A DNA stretch of 64,000 nt from the NCBI GenBank assembly GCA_963825135.1, contig CAWGRW010000009.1, positions 2,592,001 to 2,656,000 of the forward strand, written 5' to 3'. Position numbers and translations under genes: made by a program. Positions 12,835-22,798 of this stretch are shown here, piece by piece (position 1 is the stretch's first letter; every line of letters begins with the position of its first letter). Under the pieces are notes generated by a model. That model was not told the DNA's origin and did no database searches. It was given only the letters and a program-made list of their open reading frames with translations. The stretch is from an uncultured bacterium (GTDB lineage Bacteria > Desulfobacterota_D > UBA1144 > Nemesobacterales > UBA2774).

Positions 12835-13641
12835 ATGGATTACAAGGACGCACTAAAACGACTCGAAGAATTTCGTGTTCTCTTAGAAAAACATACTCTA
12901 GGAAAATTTGAATCCGATAATGATAAAATAAGGTTAAATCAAGAAATTTATAATAAGTATGGTGAGGTGGAAGGTATTATAGAACAGTTTGAAGGTCGAT
13001 CTGAAATCAAAGTGCCATGGCATGGAGGTGCGGACCCTTTAATTTATCCGAACTATATAGAAGCAGGTTATCTGTCTGGACGAACATTCCATCAACATCA
13101 AGGATATACTCAACTATTAAAAGTAATCGGCAAAGTAAAACAGAGATTAGAGAATCCTAATGTAATAAGAGATGAGCAATCGTTATCTGGTGCCGTACGA
13201 GTTTTAAATAGTTTTCGCGAGTGTTGTCAATATCTCACTTCTCCTCCAGCGAATGAACGTGATGTCCAAGATATAATTTGGATCATGCTTCGGTCTCATT
13301 TTGATAGACTTGATAGGGAGGAAACATTTCCTAAATTCGGAGCAAAGAGTTATCGGCCGGACTTTGGGATACCAGAATTGTATACATTAATAGAAGTTAA
13401 GTTTATTGGTCTAAAGTCTGATATTGCATCTATTCAGGATGAGATAATGGCCGACATCCCTCCATATCTTTCGAATCAAACTCACTACCGCAGCCTCATA
13501 ATATTTATATATGATGCTGCACATAAGCTGCGCGATCCACGCAAATTCATCGAAGATTTACGGACGATAGATGGGATAGTTGATGTTATAGTGGTTCCTG
13601 GAATAGGATTACCAATTAACAAAACTGAGAATAAACTATAA
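12835..13641 (+). CDS. PD-(D/E)XK nuclease, REase_DpnII-MboI-like C-terminal domain
   Basis: NERDVQDII..DREE..SYRPDFGI..TLIEVK..EIMADI..Y..LIIFIYD; starts 4 nt after the upstream stop; AT-rich. Confidence 0.75.
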   Translation: MDYKDALKRLEEFRVLLEKHTLGKFESDNDKIRLNQEIYNKYGEVEGIIEQFEGRSEIKVPWHGGADPLIYPNYIEAGYLSGRTFHQHQGYTQLLKVIGKVKQRLENPNVIRDEQSLSGAVRVLNSFRECCQYLTSPPANERDVQDIIWIMLRSHFDRLDREETFPKFGAKSYRPDFGIPELYTLIEVKFIGLKSDIASIQDEIMADIPPYLSNQTHYRSLIIFIYDAAHKLRDPRKFIEDLRTIDGIVDVIVVPGIGLPINKTENKL

Positions 13642-13725
13642 ATCCTCCCTAACCCTCCTTTTTCTAAGGAGGGAATTAAAAACGATAGGCCAAAAATAGA
13701 TTTCTCACATACGTTCGAAATGACA
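13641..13725. repeat. REP-like repeats (aatcctccct..ccctcctttttctaaggagggaattaaa and gatttctca..ttcgaaatgaca)
   Basis: First unit recurs at 19016-19056, 30923-30962 and inverted at 1959-1995. Second unit recurs at about 2051-2078. Confidence 0.85.
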
Positions 13726-13739
13726 AGGGAAATGCTTGG

Positions 13740-14462
13740 TCACGAAATAGATTTCACAATTTCGTCGACAACCAAACCAGGGTTCTCGGCTTCGGTGATT
13801 GCCCTGCCGATGACGAGGTAGTCGGCTCCGCTGGCGACTGCCTCAGCGGGGGTCACTACACGCTTCTGATCGTGAGCATCACCGCCGGGGCGTATTCCGG
13901 GAACGACCAGTGTGAACCTTTCTCCGAATTCCTTTCTGAGTATCTCAACCTCCATGCCGGAACAAACCAGCCCGTCCACTCCCGCTTTATCCGCGAGTGA
14001 CGCGAGGCTCAGCACCGTATCCCTCGTTGACGTATTAATGCCTATGCCTTTCAGGCTCGCCTCGTCGTGGCTCGTCAGAACTGTAACCGCCAGCACCATC
14101 GGGTTCCGCTTATTGCTCTTTCCCGATTCATCACTGACCGCATCTGATACCGCCTTCATCATCTCGAAGCCCCCGAGTGCGTGTATCGTGAACATCCTGA
14201 CGCCGTAGCGTACGGCCTGCCTCCCGGAGTGGTCGACAGTGGACGGAATGTCGTGGAACTTGAGGTCGAGGAACACGTCCGCCCCCATGTCGCGGAATTC
14301 CTTTATCCCTATCGGCCCCGCGTCGAGGAACAATATCGGGCCTACCTTGAACGTCTTTATCTTGTGTTTCAGGCTCTCGACCCAGAATTTGGCAATCCTG
14401 AGCTCGGAGAAATCGAGCGCGAGTATTATTCGTTCTTTCGGTTTTAGTTCGGGTCTGGCCAT
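13740..14462 (-). CDS. pyrF: Orotidine-5'-phosphate decarboxylase
   Basis: LALD, FLDLKFHDIPSTV, AVTVLTS, VPGIRP, DQKRV, GADYLVIGRAI. Confidence 0.97.
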   Translation of the reverse strand: MARPELKPKERIILALDFSELRIAKFWVESLKHKIKTFKVGPILFLDAGPIGIKEFRDMGADVFLDLKFHDIPSTVDHSGRQAVRYGVRMFTIHALGGFEMMKAVSDAVSDESGKSNKRNPMVLAVTVLTSHDEASLKGIGINTSTRDTVLSLASLADKAGVDGLVCSGMEVEILRKEFGERFTLVVPGIRPGGDAHDQKRVVTPAEAVASGADYLVIGRAITEAENPGLVVDEIVKSIS

Positions 14463-14480
14463 GTGGATAGAATTATATAT

Positions 14481-16187
14481 CTATGAGAGAAGCGACTCCA
14501 CTTCCTTCGCCACTTCTTCGAGTTTTACGTTACGCGATATTCCGCCCTTCCTGAGTTTAAGCTCCGCCTCCCCCTCCTTTATAGTCCTCGGCCCCACGGC
14601 CACGTGAATCGGAATGCCTATGAGCTCGGCGTCCTTGAACTTGAACCCCGGCCCTACGTCCCTGTCGTCTATTATTACCTCGTATCCCTTGTCCGTAAGC
14701 TCCCGGTATATCTTCTCGGCCGCGGACATTATCTCCTCGTCCTTTATCTTGAGCGGGAGCACTGAGACCTGAAAGGGCGCGAGCGCGTTCGGGAAAATCA
14801 TACCGTTCTCGTCGTGGTTCTGCTCTATGGCGGCGGCTACGGTCCTTCCGATCCCTATTCCGTAGCAACCCATGATGTATGGCTTCTCTTTCCCGTCGGA
14901 ATCAATGAACGTGGCGTTCATGGCTTCCGAATACTTCGTCCCCAGCATGAACACGTGCCCGACCTCAATACCCCTCGTGGATATGAGCGTGCCTTCTTTA
15001 CATTTGGGGCATTTGTCCCCTTCGGACGCGACCCTTATGTCGCCCGTCTCTTTTAGCTCGAAGTCCCTTCCGGGGAGCACGTTTACGATATGGTAGTCCT
15101 CCCTGTTGGCCCCGGTTACGGAGCTCCCCATGCCCATGACGGACCTGTCGGCTATCGTCCTTATCTCCAGTCCCACGGGGCCGCTGAAGCCCGTCTTGCC
15201 GCCCGTTACCTCTTCAATCGTCGTGGCCGTCGCAAGCTCTACTGACTCCGCGCCTAACGCCTTCTTCAGCTTCGTGAGGCTTAGCTCGTGGTCCCCCCTT
15301 ACCAGCGCGGCTACAGGCTGACCGTCCGCCGTGACTATCATCGTCTTTATCAGGTTAGAAGGCTTTACCTTGAGGAACACGGCCACCTCCTCCACGGTCT
15401 TGAGGCCGGGTGTATGCACTTCCGAGATTGTCCTGTCTTCCTTGGAGCCTTTAATCCCGCTCTCGTGCCAGTTTGTCTCGGCCAGCTCGAGGTTGGCCGC
15501 GTAGCCGCACTTGCCGCAGCTCATCACCACGTCCTCTCCCGTGGGCGCTAGCACCATGAACTCGTGGGAGAAGCTCCCGCCTATGTTCCCCGTATCGGCG
15601 AGCACGGCCCTGAACTCGAGCCCGCACCTCTCGAATATGCGCACGTAAGCGTCGTACATGAGCTGATAGGATTTCTCTGCCCCGGCGGCGTCCGCGTCGA
15701 AGCTGTACGCGTCCTTCATTATGAACTCGCGGGCCCGCATGACCCCGAAACGGGGGCGTATCTCGTCCCTGAACTTCGTCTGTATCTGGTAAAGGTTTAC
15801 CGGGAGCTGCTTGTAAGAGCGCACGTCCCGCCTCACTATGTCGGTGATGACCTCTTCGTGCGTGGGTCCGATGCAGAATTCCCTTTCGGCGCGGTCCCTG
15901 AACCGGAGAAGCTCCTTCCCGTAAAAATCCCACCTGCCGCTCTCCTTCCAGAGCTCGGACGGCACGACCGCCGGCATGAGGAGCTCTATGGCCCCTGCCC
16001 TGTTCATCTCCTCCCGGACTATGTTCTCGACCTTGCTTATGCACCTGAGTCCGAGGGGGAGGTAGTTATATATGCCGGCCGCGACTTTCCTTATCATGCC
16101 GGCCCTTATCATGAGCTTCTGGCTCACGACCTCGGCGTCGGCCGGGTCTTCCTTGAGCGTCGGAATAAAGTATTGGGAGTATCTCAT
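14481..16187 (-). CDS. proS: Proline--tRNA ligase (with editing insertion domain)
   Basis: MRYSQYFIPTLKE, GPTHEE, FRDEIRPRFGVMRAREF, RGDHE, GIEVGHVF, MGCYGIG. Confidence 0.98.
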   Translation of the reverse strand: MRYSQYFIPTLKEDPADAEVVSQKLMIRAGMIRKVAAGIYNYLPLGLRCISKVENIVREEMNRAGAIELLMPAVVPSELWKESGRWDFYGKELLRFRDRAEREFCIGPTHEEVITDIVRRDVRSYKQLPVNLYQIQTKFRDEIRPRFGVMRAREFIMKDAYSFDADAAGAEKSYQLMYDAYVRIFERCGLEFRAVLADTGNIGGSFSHEFMVLAPTGEDVVMSCGKCGYAANLELAETNWHESGIKGSKEDRTISEVHTPGLKTVEEVAVFLKVKPSNLIKTMIVTADGQPVAALVRGDHELSLTKLKKALGAESVELATATTIEEVTGGKTGFSGPVGLEIRTIADRSVMGMGSSVTGANREDYHIVNVLPGRDFELKETGDIRVASEGDKCPKCKEGTLISTRGIEVGHVFMLGTKYSEAMNATFIDSDGKEKPYIMGCYGIGIGRTVAAAIEQNHDENGMIFPNALAPFQVSVLPLKIKDEEIMSAAEKIYRELTDKGYEVIIDDRDVGPGFKFKDAELIGIPIHVAVGPRTIKEGEAELKLRKGGISRNVKLEEVAKEVESLLS

Positions 16188-16330
16188 ATCAGCCGTATAA
16201 ATTACCGACTCGTCGTCTAAATGCAACACGCACGCACACACGTAGTGTGTTCTATGGTTCTATTCGGATGGTGGAGATATTGTGGACATCGTGCCTATAA
16301 TTTAAAACTGCGGCTCACCACTGCCGTTAA

Positions 16331-16711
16331 CTAATCCGCCTTCTCGACCCACTGGGAGCGCCAGTCGGGGGCCTCGAACGGCTCGCTCCAGTAGGCGGTC
16401 TCCTTCGCTATCTTCCCGTCCCTGAACTCGAATATGAAAACGGCCTTGTAAGGCGAGGGGCCGCCGTAGTCGAGCGACGCCTCGGCCGCTACCAGGTCGC
16501 CCTCGCTCACCATGCGCCTGGGCGTGATCGTCGGGAGCGCCGGAAAAGCCCCGTATATCGCCCGCCTGTTGGCTGCGCCCACTATCCTCTCGCCCGACTG
16601 CGGCCAGTCCATTACGGCGTCGTCGTGGAAGAGCTCGTCCATTACCTCGACCTTCTTCTCGTTTATGCACTTTATAAGGCGCTCGATGACCTTCTCATTT
16701 TTCGTTGCCAT
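16331..16711 (-). CDS. SnoaL/NTF2-like protein
   Basis: FHDDAVMDWPQSGERIVG..FEFRDGKIAKETAYW; SD GGAGG before ATG 16711. Confidence 0.85.
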   Translation of the reverse strand: MATKNEKVIERLIKCINEKKVEVMDELFHDDAVMDWPQSGERIVGAANRRAIYGAFPALPTITPRRMVSEGDLVAAEASLDYGGPSPYKAVFIFEFRDGKIAKETAYWSEPFEAPDWRSQWVEKAD

Positions 16712-16904
16712 GACGGAAACCTCCTCCATGCGTTCCGGACGATCCCGGCATCCGGGAATCGATCCATATATCCACTATAGTAGATTCGGGCGGCAATTGG
16801 AATGGGTTTTTGATTTCGATTGAGGGCGGACATGCCGATTGACACTCCGTCGATACTTATGTAATTTAGCCTGCTTATAAAATTCTTTCTATGACGAAAC
16901 CCTG

Positions 16905-17831
16905 TTGAGATATCTCTCTTATCTAAATAACGCGGTAACCGGCTACTTCACGTTCTGGATAATCCTCTTCTCGCTCATAACTTTCTTCCACCCGGGGCCG
17001 TTTGAGGGTCTGACGGGGCTTATAGTGCCTGTCCTCGGGATAATCATGTTCGGTATGGGCATGACCCTTACGGCCGGGGACTTCAGGAGGATAGCGGGGA
17101 GGCCCCGGGACGTCGCCATAGGGGCCGCGGCTCAGTACGGCATCATGCCTCTAACGGGGTTCATCCTCGCCAAGGCGTTCTCGCTCGACCCGATGCTGGC
17201 GGCGGGCGTGGTGCTCGTGGGCTCATGCCCCGGCGGCACGGCGTCTAACGTAATCACGTACCTGGCCAAAGGCGACGTCGCCCTGTCAGTAGCCATGACC
17301 TCGGTGACGACACTCATGGCCCCGCTTATGGTCCCCTTCTTCATGTACATATTCGCCGGGCAGTGGATACACGTCCCCGCGCTCGGCCTTTTCATCTCCA
17401 CGGTGGAGATAATACTCCTCCCCGTAACGCTCGGCGCGGGGCTCAGGTACCTGCTCGGAAAACGCACCGGATACGTGCTTCCGGCGCTTCCCGGGGTGTC
17501 GTCCCTCGCAATAATATTCATCGTGGGCGTAATCGTGGCCGCCAACTCGGGCTCTATCGCGAAAGTCGGGGCGGGCGTCGCCGTGATCGTAATGCTCCAC
17601 AACATCACGGGGTTAGTACTCGGATACACGGTTGCGAGGCTCTCCGGCATGGACGTTACAAGGGCGAGGGCGGTGTCGATAGAGGTAGGCATGCAGAATT
17701 CGGGGCTCGCGGTCGCTCTCGCTAACCTCCATTTCAGCCCGCTCGCCGCCCTTCCGGCCGCCATATTCAGCGTTTGGCACAACATTTCGGGCTCGGCCGT
17801 CGCATGGTGGTGGAGGAGGCATACGAAGTGA
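16905..17831 (+). CDS. Bile acid:sodium symporter family (PanS/ketopantoate-like)
   Basis: LGIIMFGMGMTL, SCPGGTASNV, SIEVGMQNSGLA, FSVWHNISG. Confidence 0.92.
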   Translation: MRYLSYLNNAVTGYFTFWIILFSLITFFHPGPFEGLTGLIVPVLGIIMFGMGMTLTAGDFRRIAGRPRDVAIGAAAQYGIMPLTGFILAKAFSLDPMLAAGVVLVGSCPGGTASNVITYLAKGDVALSVAMTSVTTLMAPLMVPFFMYIFAGQWIHVPALGLFISTVEIILLPVTLGAGLRYLLGKRTGYVLPALPGVSSLAIIFIVGVIVAANSGSIAKVGAGVAVIVMLHNITGLVLGYTVARLSGMDVTRARAVSIEVGMQNSGLAVALANLHFSPLAALPAAIFSVWHNISGSAVAWWWRRHTK

Positions 17832-17849
17832 TGAACCGGGAACAGGCGA

Positions 17850-18776
17850 ATGAACGGAAATAATACGGTCGTAAAAGGCAAAGAAAAGTTCCCCGTAACG
17901 GGTTACCTCTATCTCGTGGGCACGGCTCTATTCACCGCCCTTTCCTACGTGTTCGGGAGGGCCATAGACAAGAGCTTCCACCCGGCGGCAATCACGTTCT
18001 ATTGGTTCTCCGGCGCGTTTTTGTGCTCGGTCCTCGTCGTGCTCGCAATCCCGTCCCAGAGGGCCGAGGTCAAACACCTGAGAAAATATACGAAGATATT
18101 CATATGCAGCTCCGTACTGACCGCCGTAGGCGCGGCCCTATGGATATCCGCCATCAAGACGATCGGCATCCCGCTTACGTCGTTCCTCATGAAGGCCCAG
18201 ACCCTCTTCTCCCTGATATTGGGAATGATATTCCTCGGCGAGAGGCTTAATAAATGGGAGACTGTCGGGATCGTCATCACGGTGACCGGCGGAATAATAG
18301 TCGCCTACCAGAGGGAATTTTCTCTCCTCATGGGGACGCTCACGGCTATCGGGGCGGCGTTCTTCTACTCGAGCCTGTCGTTCATAGTGAAGAAGATGGG
18401 CCAGAGGCTCAACATGCTCACCGTAGCCAACCTTAGGGCGCTCGGCGTGTCGATATTCCTTATCGCGTACCTCGTCCTGACCGGAACGCTCCAGACGCCG
18501 GGGCCGGTCGACCTCCTCTTTATGTGCCTGGGAGGCATCACGGGGGCATACATCGCGAAGGCGTGTCAGTTCCAGGCGATAAAGATGATAGACGTTTCGC
18601 GCACGACCGCTGTCCTGCCGCTCGAATCCATATTCGTCGTGCTCTTCTCGTACTTCATCTTCCACGAGATACCGTCAGTGATAAAGCTCATCGGCGGAGC
18701 GGGGATCATAATCGGCGTGATATTCCTCGTATTGTTCAGGGGCGAGAAGCCCGAGGACCTGGGCGAGGGGGAGTGA
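17850..18776 (+). CDS. DMT/EamA-family transporter
   Basis: About 10 TM segments in two repeats; FLGERL motif. Confidence 0.88.
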   Translation: MNGNNTVVKGKEKFPVTGYLYLVGTALFTALSYVFGRAIDKSFHPAAITFYWFSGAFLCSVLVVLAIPSQRAEVKHLRKYTKIFICSSVLTAVGAALWISAIKTIGIPLTSFLMKAQTLFSLILGMIFLGERLNKWETVGIVITVTGGIIVAYQREFSLLMGTLTAIGAAFFYSSLSFIVKKMGQRLNMLTVANLRALGVSIFLIAYLVLTGTLQTPGPVDLLFMCLGGITGAYIAKACQFQAIKMIDVSRTTAVLPLESIFVVLFSYFIFHEIPSVIKLIGGAGIIIGVIFLVLFRGEKPEDLGEGE

Positions 18777-19116
18777 AAGAGGAAGATCGGCGTTCTTTTT
18801 CTAATGAAGGAATTAAAGGCATTTCCCCCTTTGGAAAAGGGGAACAATTCCGACAAATCGGAGGAATTGGTCGGAGTTGAATGATAGAAAATAAGTCCCT
18901 TATCCCAGCAACTCGGTTATGATAGTCAAATTAAGGGGGATTTTCATTTGTGATGTTGTGCTATCTTTGAAGTCTATATACAATGGAGAGCTGATAAATT
19001 GTAAAAAAAAAACTTAATCCTCCCTACCCCTCCTTTTTCTAAGGAGGGAATTAAAATACACGATTGCTCAGCTATCTGAGAGATGCGGGAAACGAGCAGG
19101 GATTGCAGCTAATTCG

Positions 19117-19746
19117 CTACGCCATACGGAGGCGGATCAGGGTTATGAACGCATAAGCGCCGCAGCCGAATATGAATATGCCGGTCACCTTGTTTACGAT
19201 TACAAGCCCCCTTTCGGTGAGCCTTCCCCTGAGATGTGATATGACGTAGCAGAGTACGGTCCAGAGTACGGTGCATCCGGTGAATATGCCCGCCACCAGG
19301 AGGGCCGCGGTCCTGTAATAATCCGCGGGCTTGTGTATTCCGAGTATGGCGAATAACGCCAGAATAGAGAGTATGACCATCGGGTTTGAGAGGGTGAGCA
19401 GAAGAGCCGAGCCGAAGATCCCGAGGCGGCTCCTCTGGGCCTTATTTTCCGAATACTGCGAGGGCTTGGAGAAATAGACTCTCAGGCCGAAGACGAAGAG
19501 GATTATCCCGCCCGTCAGGTGCACCCAGGCCTCTCTCTGCATGAGCATTTCCGATATGAAAGTGAGGCCGAAGGCGACAATAGTGGCATAAATAGCGTCG
19601 CCGACGGCGGAGCCGAGCCCCGATATGATTCCCGTCGCCCTCCCCTCGTTGATCGTGCGCTGAACGACGAGCGCGCCCACGGGCCCGATCGGGGCGGTTA
19701 TGACAATGCCTACAATTATCCCCTTGATGAATACGTTTAAATCCAT
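19117..19746 (-). CDS. LysE-family exporter
   Basis: APIGPVG..G..SGLGSAVGDAIY, LTLSNP. Confidence 0.88.
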   Translation of the reverse strand: MDLNVFIKGIIVGIVITAPIGPVGALVVQRTINEGRATGIISGLGSAVGDAIYATIVAFGLTFISEMLMQREAWVHLTGGIILFVFGLRVYFSKPSQYSENKAQRSRLGIFGSALLLTLSNPMVILSILALFAILGIHKPADYYRTAALLVAGIFTGCTVLWTVLCYVISHLRGRLTERGLVIVNKVTGIFIFGCGAYAFITLIRLRMA

Positions 19747-19881
19747 AGCCTAAACTCAGGTAACACTATACCCGAACAGGAATAATATTTCTAAAGCGGA
19801 GTTATGAAAAGAAATAATCTTTTCCGGGAAATAACGAACCATGGCAGCTCTTTAAAGATCGTTCAGGAGAAAGCCCGGCCG

Positions 19882-21642
19882 TCAGGAGTTCGAGATGATC
19901 TCCGTTGCGAATTCGGGCGGGAGCGAGTCGCCCCATGTGTCGATCAGGGCCTTTGAAACGAACTCCCTGATTGCCGTCCCCGTTTTCAAACGCAGGCATT
20001 CGTCGGCAATCCGTTTCGATTCCTTTTCGGTTATCAAGCTCAGGAGCTTCTTCACCCTGGGTATGGAGTGCGTGTTCATGCTGAGCTCGTCCACCCCCAT
20101 GCCGACGAGTAGCGGGACGCACGGGAGCTGGCTCGCCATCTCGCCGCACACGCTCGCCGGTATCCCCTTCGAATGAGCCGAATCAATGACCCCCTTGATG
20201 AGCCTCAGCACGGCCGGGTGGAACGGCGTGTAGAGGTACGAGACGTGCTCGTTCACCCTGTCGACCGCTAGGGTGTACTGAATGAGGTCGTTCGTCCCGA
20301 TGCTGAGGAAATCGACTTCCTCGGAAATATCTGACGCCGTTATGGCGGCCGAGGGGGTTTCTATCATCACCCCTATCTCCCACGAATCCTCTCTCCCGAG
20401 GCCCGCCGCGATCTCTGTAATTATGGACTTCGTCTCCGAGATCTCGGCCATGTCCGAGACCATCGGTATCAGTATCCTCAGCTTTATCCCTTCAGCCGCC
20501 CTCAGTATCGCCCTTATCTGCGTCCTGAACGTCGCCTCTTCCTTGAGCGAAAACCTTATGCCCCGGAGACCGAGCGCGGGGTTGAGCCTCTGCGAGGGCT
20601 CCATGCCGGCAGGGAATTTATCCCCGCCTATGTCGAGCGTCCTGATTGTGACGAGGGGGGAGCGGAGAGCGGAAGCGACCTTCCTGTAACTCTCGTACTG
20701 CTCGTCCTCGTCCGGGAAATACCCGGACTTCGTAAAGAGGAATTCCGTCCTGTACATGCCTATGCCCTCGGCGCCGTAGCAGACGGCGTGGTCGAGCTCT
20801 TCGATGATCTCTATGTTCGCGTTAACCTTTATGTCCCTTCCGTCGAGTGTCCTGCCGGGGAGCTTCGCGTATTCGAGCAGCTTCTTCTCTAACGCTATGT
20901 AGGTCGACTTCCTCCGGCCGAACTCCTCCCGCTCCTCCGGGGCGGGGTCGAGTACCACGACTCCCCTAAAGCCGTCCATGAATATGGTGTCCCCGGGACA
21001 CGCCCTGAGGGTGATGTCCTCGAGGCCCATTACCGTGGGTATCCCGAGGGACTTCGCTACGATTGCGCTGTGTGAGGTGGATGCGCCGGTGTCGGTGGCG
21101 ATGCCTATGGCGTGGTGCTTCGCGAACGCGACCACGTCCACGGCCGAAATGTCGTGCGCCACGAGTATGGAGTCCCGCCCGAGGTCGGGCGTGTCCTCGG
21201 CGATGCCGTGGAGGTTCCGGAGTATCCTCTCGCCCATGTAGTAGATATCGGCGAGTCTCTCCTTCATGTAGAGGTCCTCCACCTTTCTGAAGGCCTCGCT
21301 CTTTTTGGAGAGGATGCTGTTGAGGGCCCATTCGGCGTTCACGCGCTCGGTTTCTATGAACCTGAGCACCTCGTCCGAAAGCAGCTCGTCCTCGAGCATC
21401 ATTATGTTTATATTGAGTATCTGGAGGTGCTCGCCGCCCTCGAGCGGCTCGAGCTTGTCCTTGATGGAGATGAGCTGGTCCTTGGACCTCCTGACGGCCT
21501 GGAGGAACCTCTCCTTTTCCGAGCCTACGAGGCCGTCGTCGATCTGAGTCCTTTCGACGATCATCCTCGAGCGGTCGAGCAGGACGACTTTGCCGAGGGC
21601 TATCCCCGTGGATATGGGGATGCCTTTTCTCTCGACCCTCAT
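19882..21642 (-). CDS. ptsI: PEP-protein phosphotransferase (PTS enzyme I)
   Basis: TSHSAIVA, GIGMYRTEF, RTLDIGGDK, NPALGLRGIR, SIGTNDLIQY, VCGEMA. Confidence 0.96.
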   Translation of the reverse strand: MRVERKGIPISTGIALGKVVLLDRSRMIVERTQIDDGLVGSEKERFLQAVRRSKDQLISIKDKLEPLEGGEHLQILNINIMMLEDELLSDEVLRFIETERVNAEWALNSILSKKSEAFRKVEDLYMKERLADIYYMGERILRNLHGIAEDTPDLGRDSILVAHDISAVDVVAFAKHHAIGIATDTGASTSHSAIVAKSLGIPTVMGLEDITLRACPGDTIFMDGFRGVVVLDPAPEEREEFGRRKSTYIALEKKLLEYAKLPGRTLDGRDIKVNANIEIIEELDHAVCYGAEGIGMYRTEFLFTKSGYFPDEDEQYESYRKVASALRSPLVTIRTLDIGGDKFPAGMEPSQRLNPALGLRGIRFSLKEEATFRTQIRAILRAAEGIKLRILIPMVSDMAEISETKSIITEIAAGLGREDSWEIGVMIETPSAAITASDISEEVDFLSIGTNDLIQYTLAVDRVNEHVSYLYTPFHPAVLRLIKGVIDSAHSKGIPASVCGEMASQLPCVPLLVGMGVDELSMNTHSIPRVKKLLSLITEKESKRIADECLRLKTGTAIREFVSKALIDTWGDSLPPEFATEIISNS

Positions 21643-21920
21643 ACGCCCTCGCCGAATCCGCTCTCTATGAGCTCTCCGATCTCTGCCATGGCTTCGTCCG
21701 AACCCTCGCCTTTCGTAATCACCTTTATTTCGCTCCCTTTCGCGGCCGCGAGGGACAGGACGCCGAGAATGCTCTTGCCGTCCACCTCGTAGCCGTTCTT
21801 TATGAGCTTAACTTCGCAGGCGAACCTGCTCGACAGTCTTACGAAAACAGCCGCCGCGCGCGCGTGGAGACCCAATTTATTCTTTATCGTAAAAACCTGT
21901 ATTACTTCCGATTCGGACAA
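21639..21920 (-). CDS. ptsH: HPr phosphocarrier protein
   Basis: NKLGLHARAA (His15) and DGKSILGVL (Ser46) motifs. Confidence 0.95.
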   Translation of the reverse strand: MSESEVIQVFTIKNKLGLHARAAAVFVRLSSRFACEVKLIKNGYEVDGKSILGVLSLAAAKGSEIKVITKGEGSDEAMAEIGELIESGFGEGV

Positions 21921-21997
21921 CTGTGGATAACCTCAGCCAGTATGTGAATTATATTTCATCGAATCCGTACGAGTACGAGAATGAATCGTCATCCGTA

Positions 21998-22798
21998 CTA
22001 ATTATAATTTTGATCGCCGGTTTTTTCAATCGCCGCCGTCGGAGTGAAGAGCGCCCTGTCCACGCCGCCGTTGAGCTCGACGCTCCGCTCGTATACAATT
22101 GTAATCGATAGCCGGCCTGTATCAAAATCTATCTTCCGCGGGAAGTAATGCCCGTCCACGAGGCCGCCGAAATATTCGTATATGAGACTCGCCCTCTCAC
22201 CGTTCCCGAGCGAAAACTCCGCTTTCTCCACCCTGTAATTATCGCGGTTTACCCACAGGACGTTCTCTCCGCCTGATTTAGAGTCCCTGAAAGCAAGCCT
22301 TATCATACCCGCGTCCGCCGTTATTGCGGGCTTCCCGGCAGATTCATATATCCTGTACGGAAGCCTTCCCATCACGAGGTTCACGAGACTCTCGGCCGTT
22401 ATCCTTATATCCAGGCCCGGATAAACGTAAGAGAGGTCGAATGCCTCCCCCGCGTCATAAACACCCCTCTCGCCCGAGGAAATGATATATATATGCGTCC
22501 CGTCCGATGAAATGAACCCCACCGTGCTGCCGAACGGGTTCAGGGCCTCGAGGCGGAGAAGATTGGGCTCCTCGGCGACCGTAACCTGGGTGTACGAGAC
22601 CTTGTCGGAGGCCGTTACTATCCTCACCCTCGCCAGGCCCTTTACGGACCTGACGCCGTTTTCAAAAAGCTCGACCTTCTCTATTATGCTCCCGGCGTCG
22701 GCCCCCGTCATGTCAACCTTCGCCGCTCTCGGGGCGCACGACGAGGCGAGTGCCAGTAATAAGGTTAATATGAAATATTTATCGTATGAGCGTATCAA
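21998..22798 (-). CDS. Lipoprotein, LolB/DUF4292-like
   Basis: Lipobox LASSC; beta-rich LRLEALNPFG pattern; follows a TPR gene as lolB often does. Confidence 0.6.
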   Translation of the reverse strand: MIRSYDKYFILTLLLALASSCAPRAAKVDMTGADAGSIIEKVELFENGVRSVKGLARVRIVTASDKVSYTQVTVAEEPNLLRLEALNPFGSTVGFISSDGTHIYIISSGERGVYDAGEAFDLSYVYPGLDIRITAESLVNLVMGRLPYRIYESAGKPAITADAGMIRLAFRDSKSGGENVLWVNRDNYRVEKAEFSLGNGERASLIYEYFGGLVDGHYFPRKIDFDTGRLSITIVYERSVELNGGVDRALFTPTAAIEKTGDQNYN

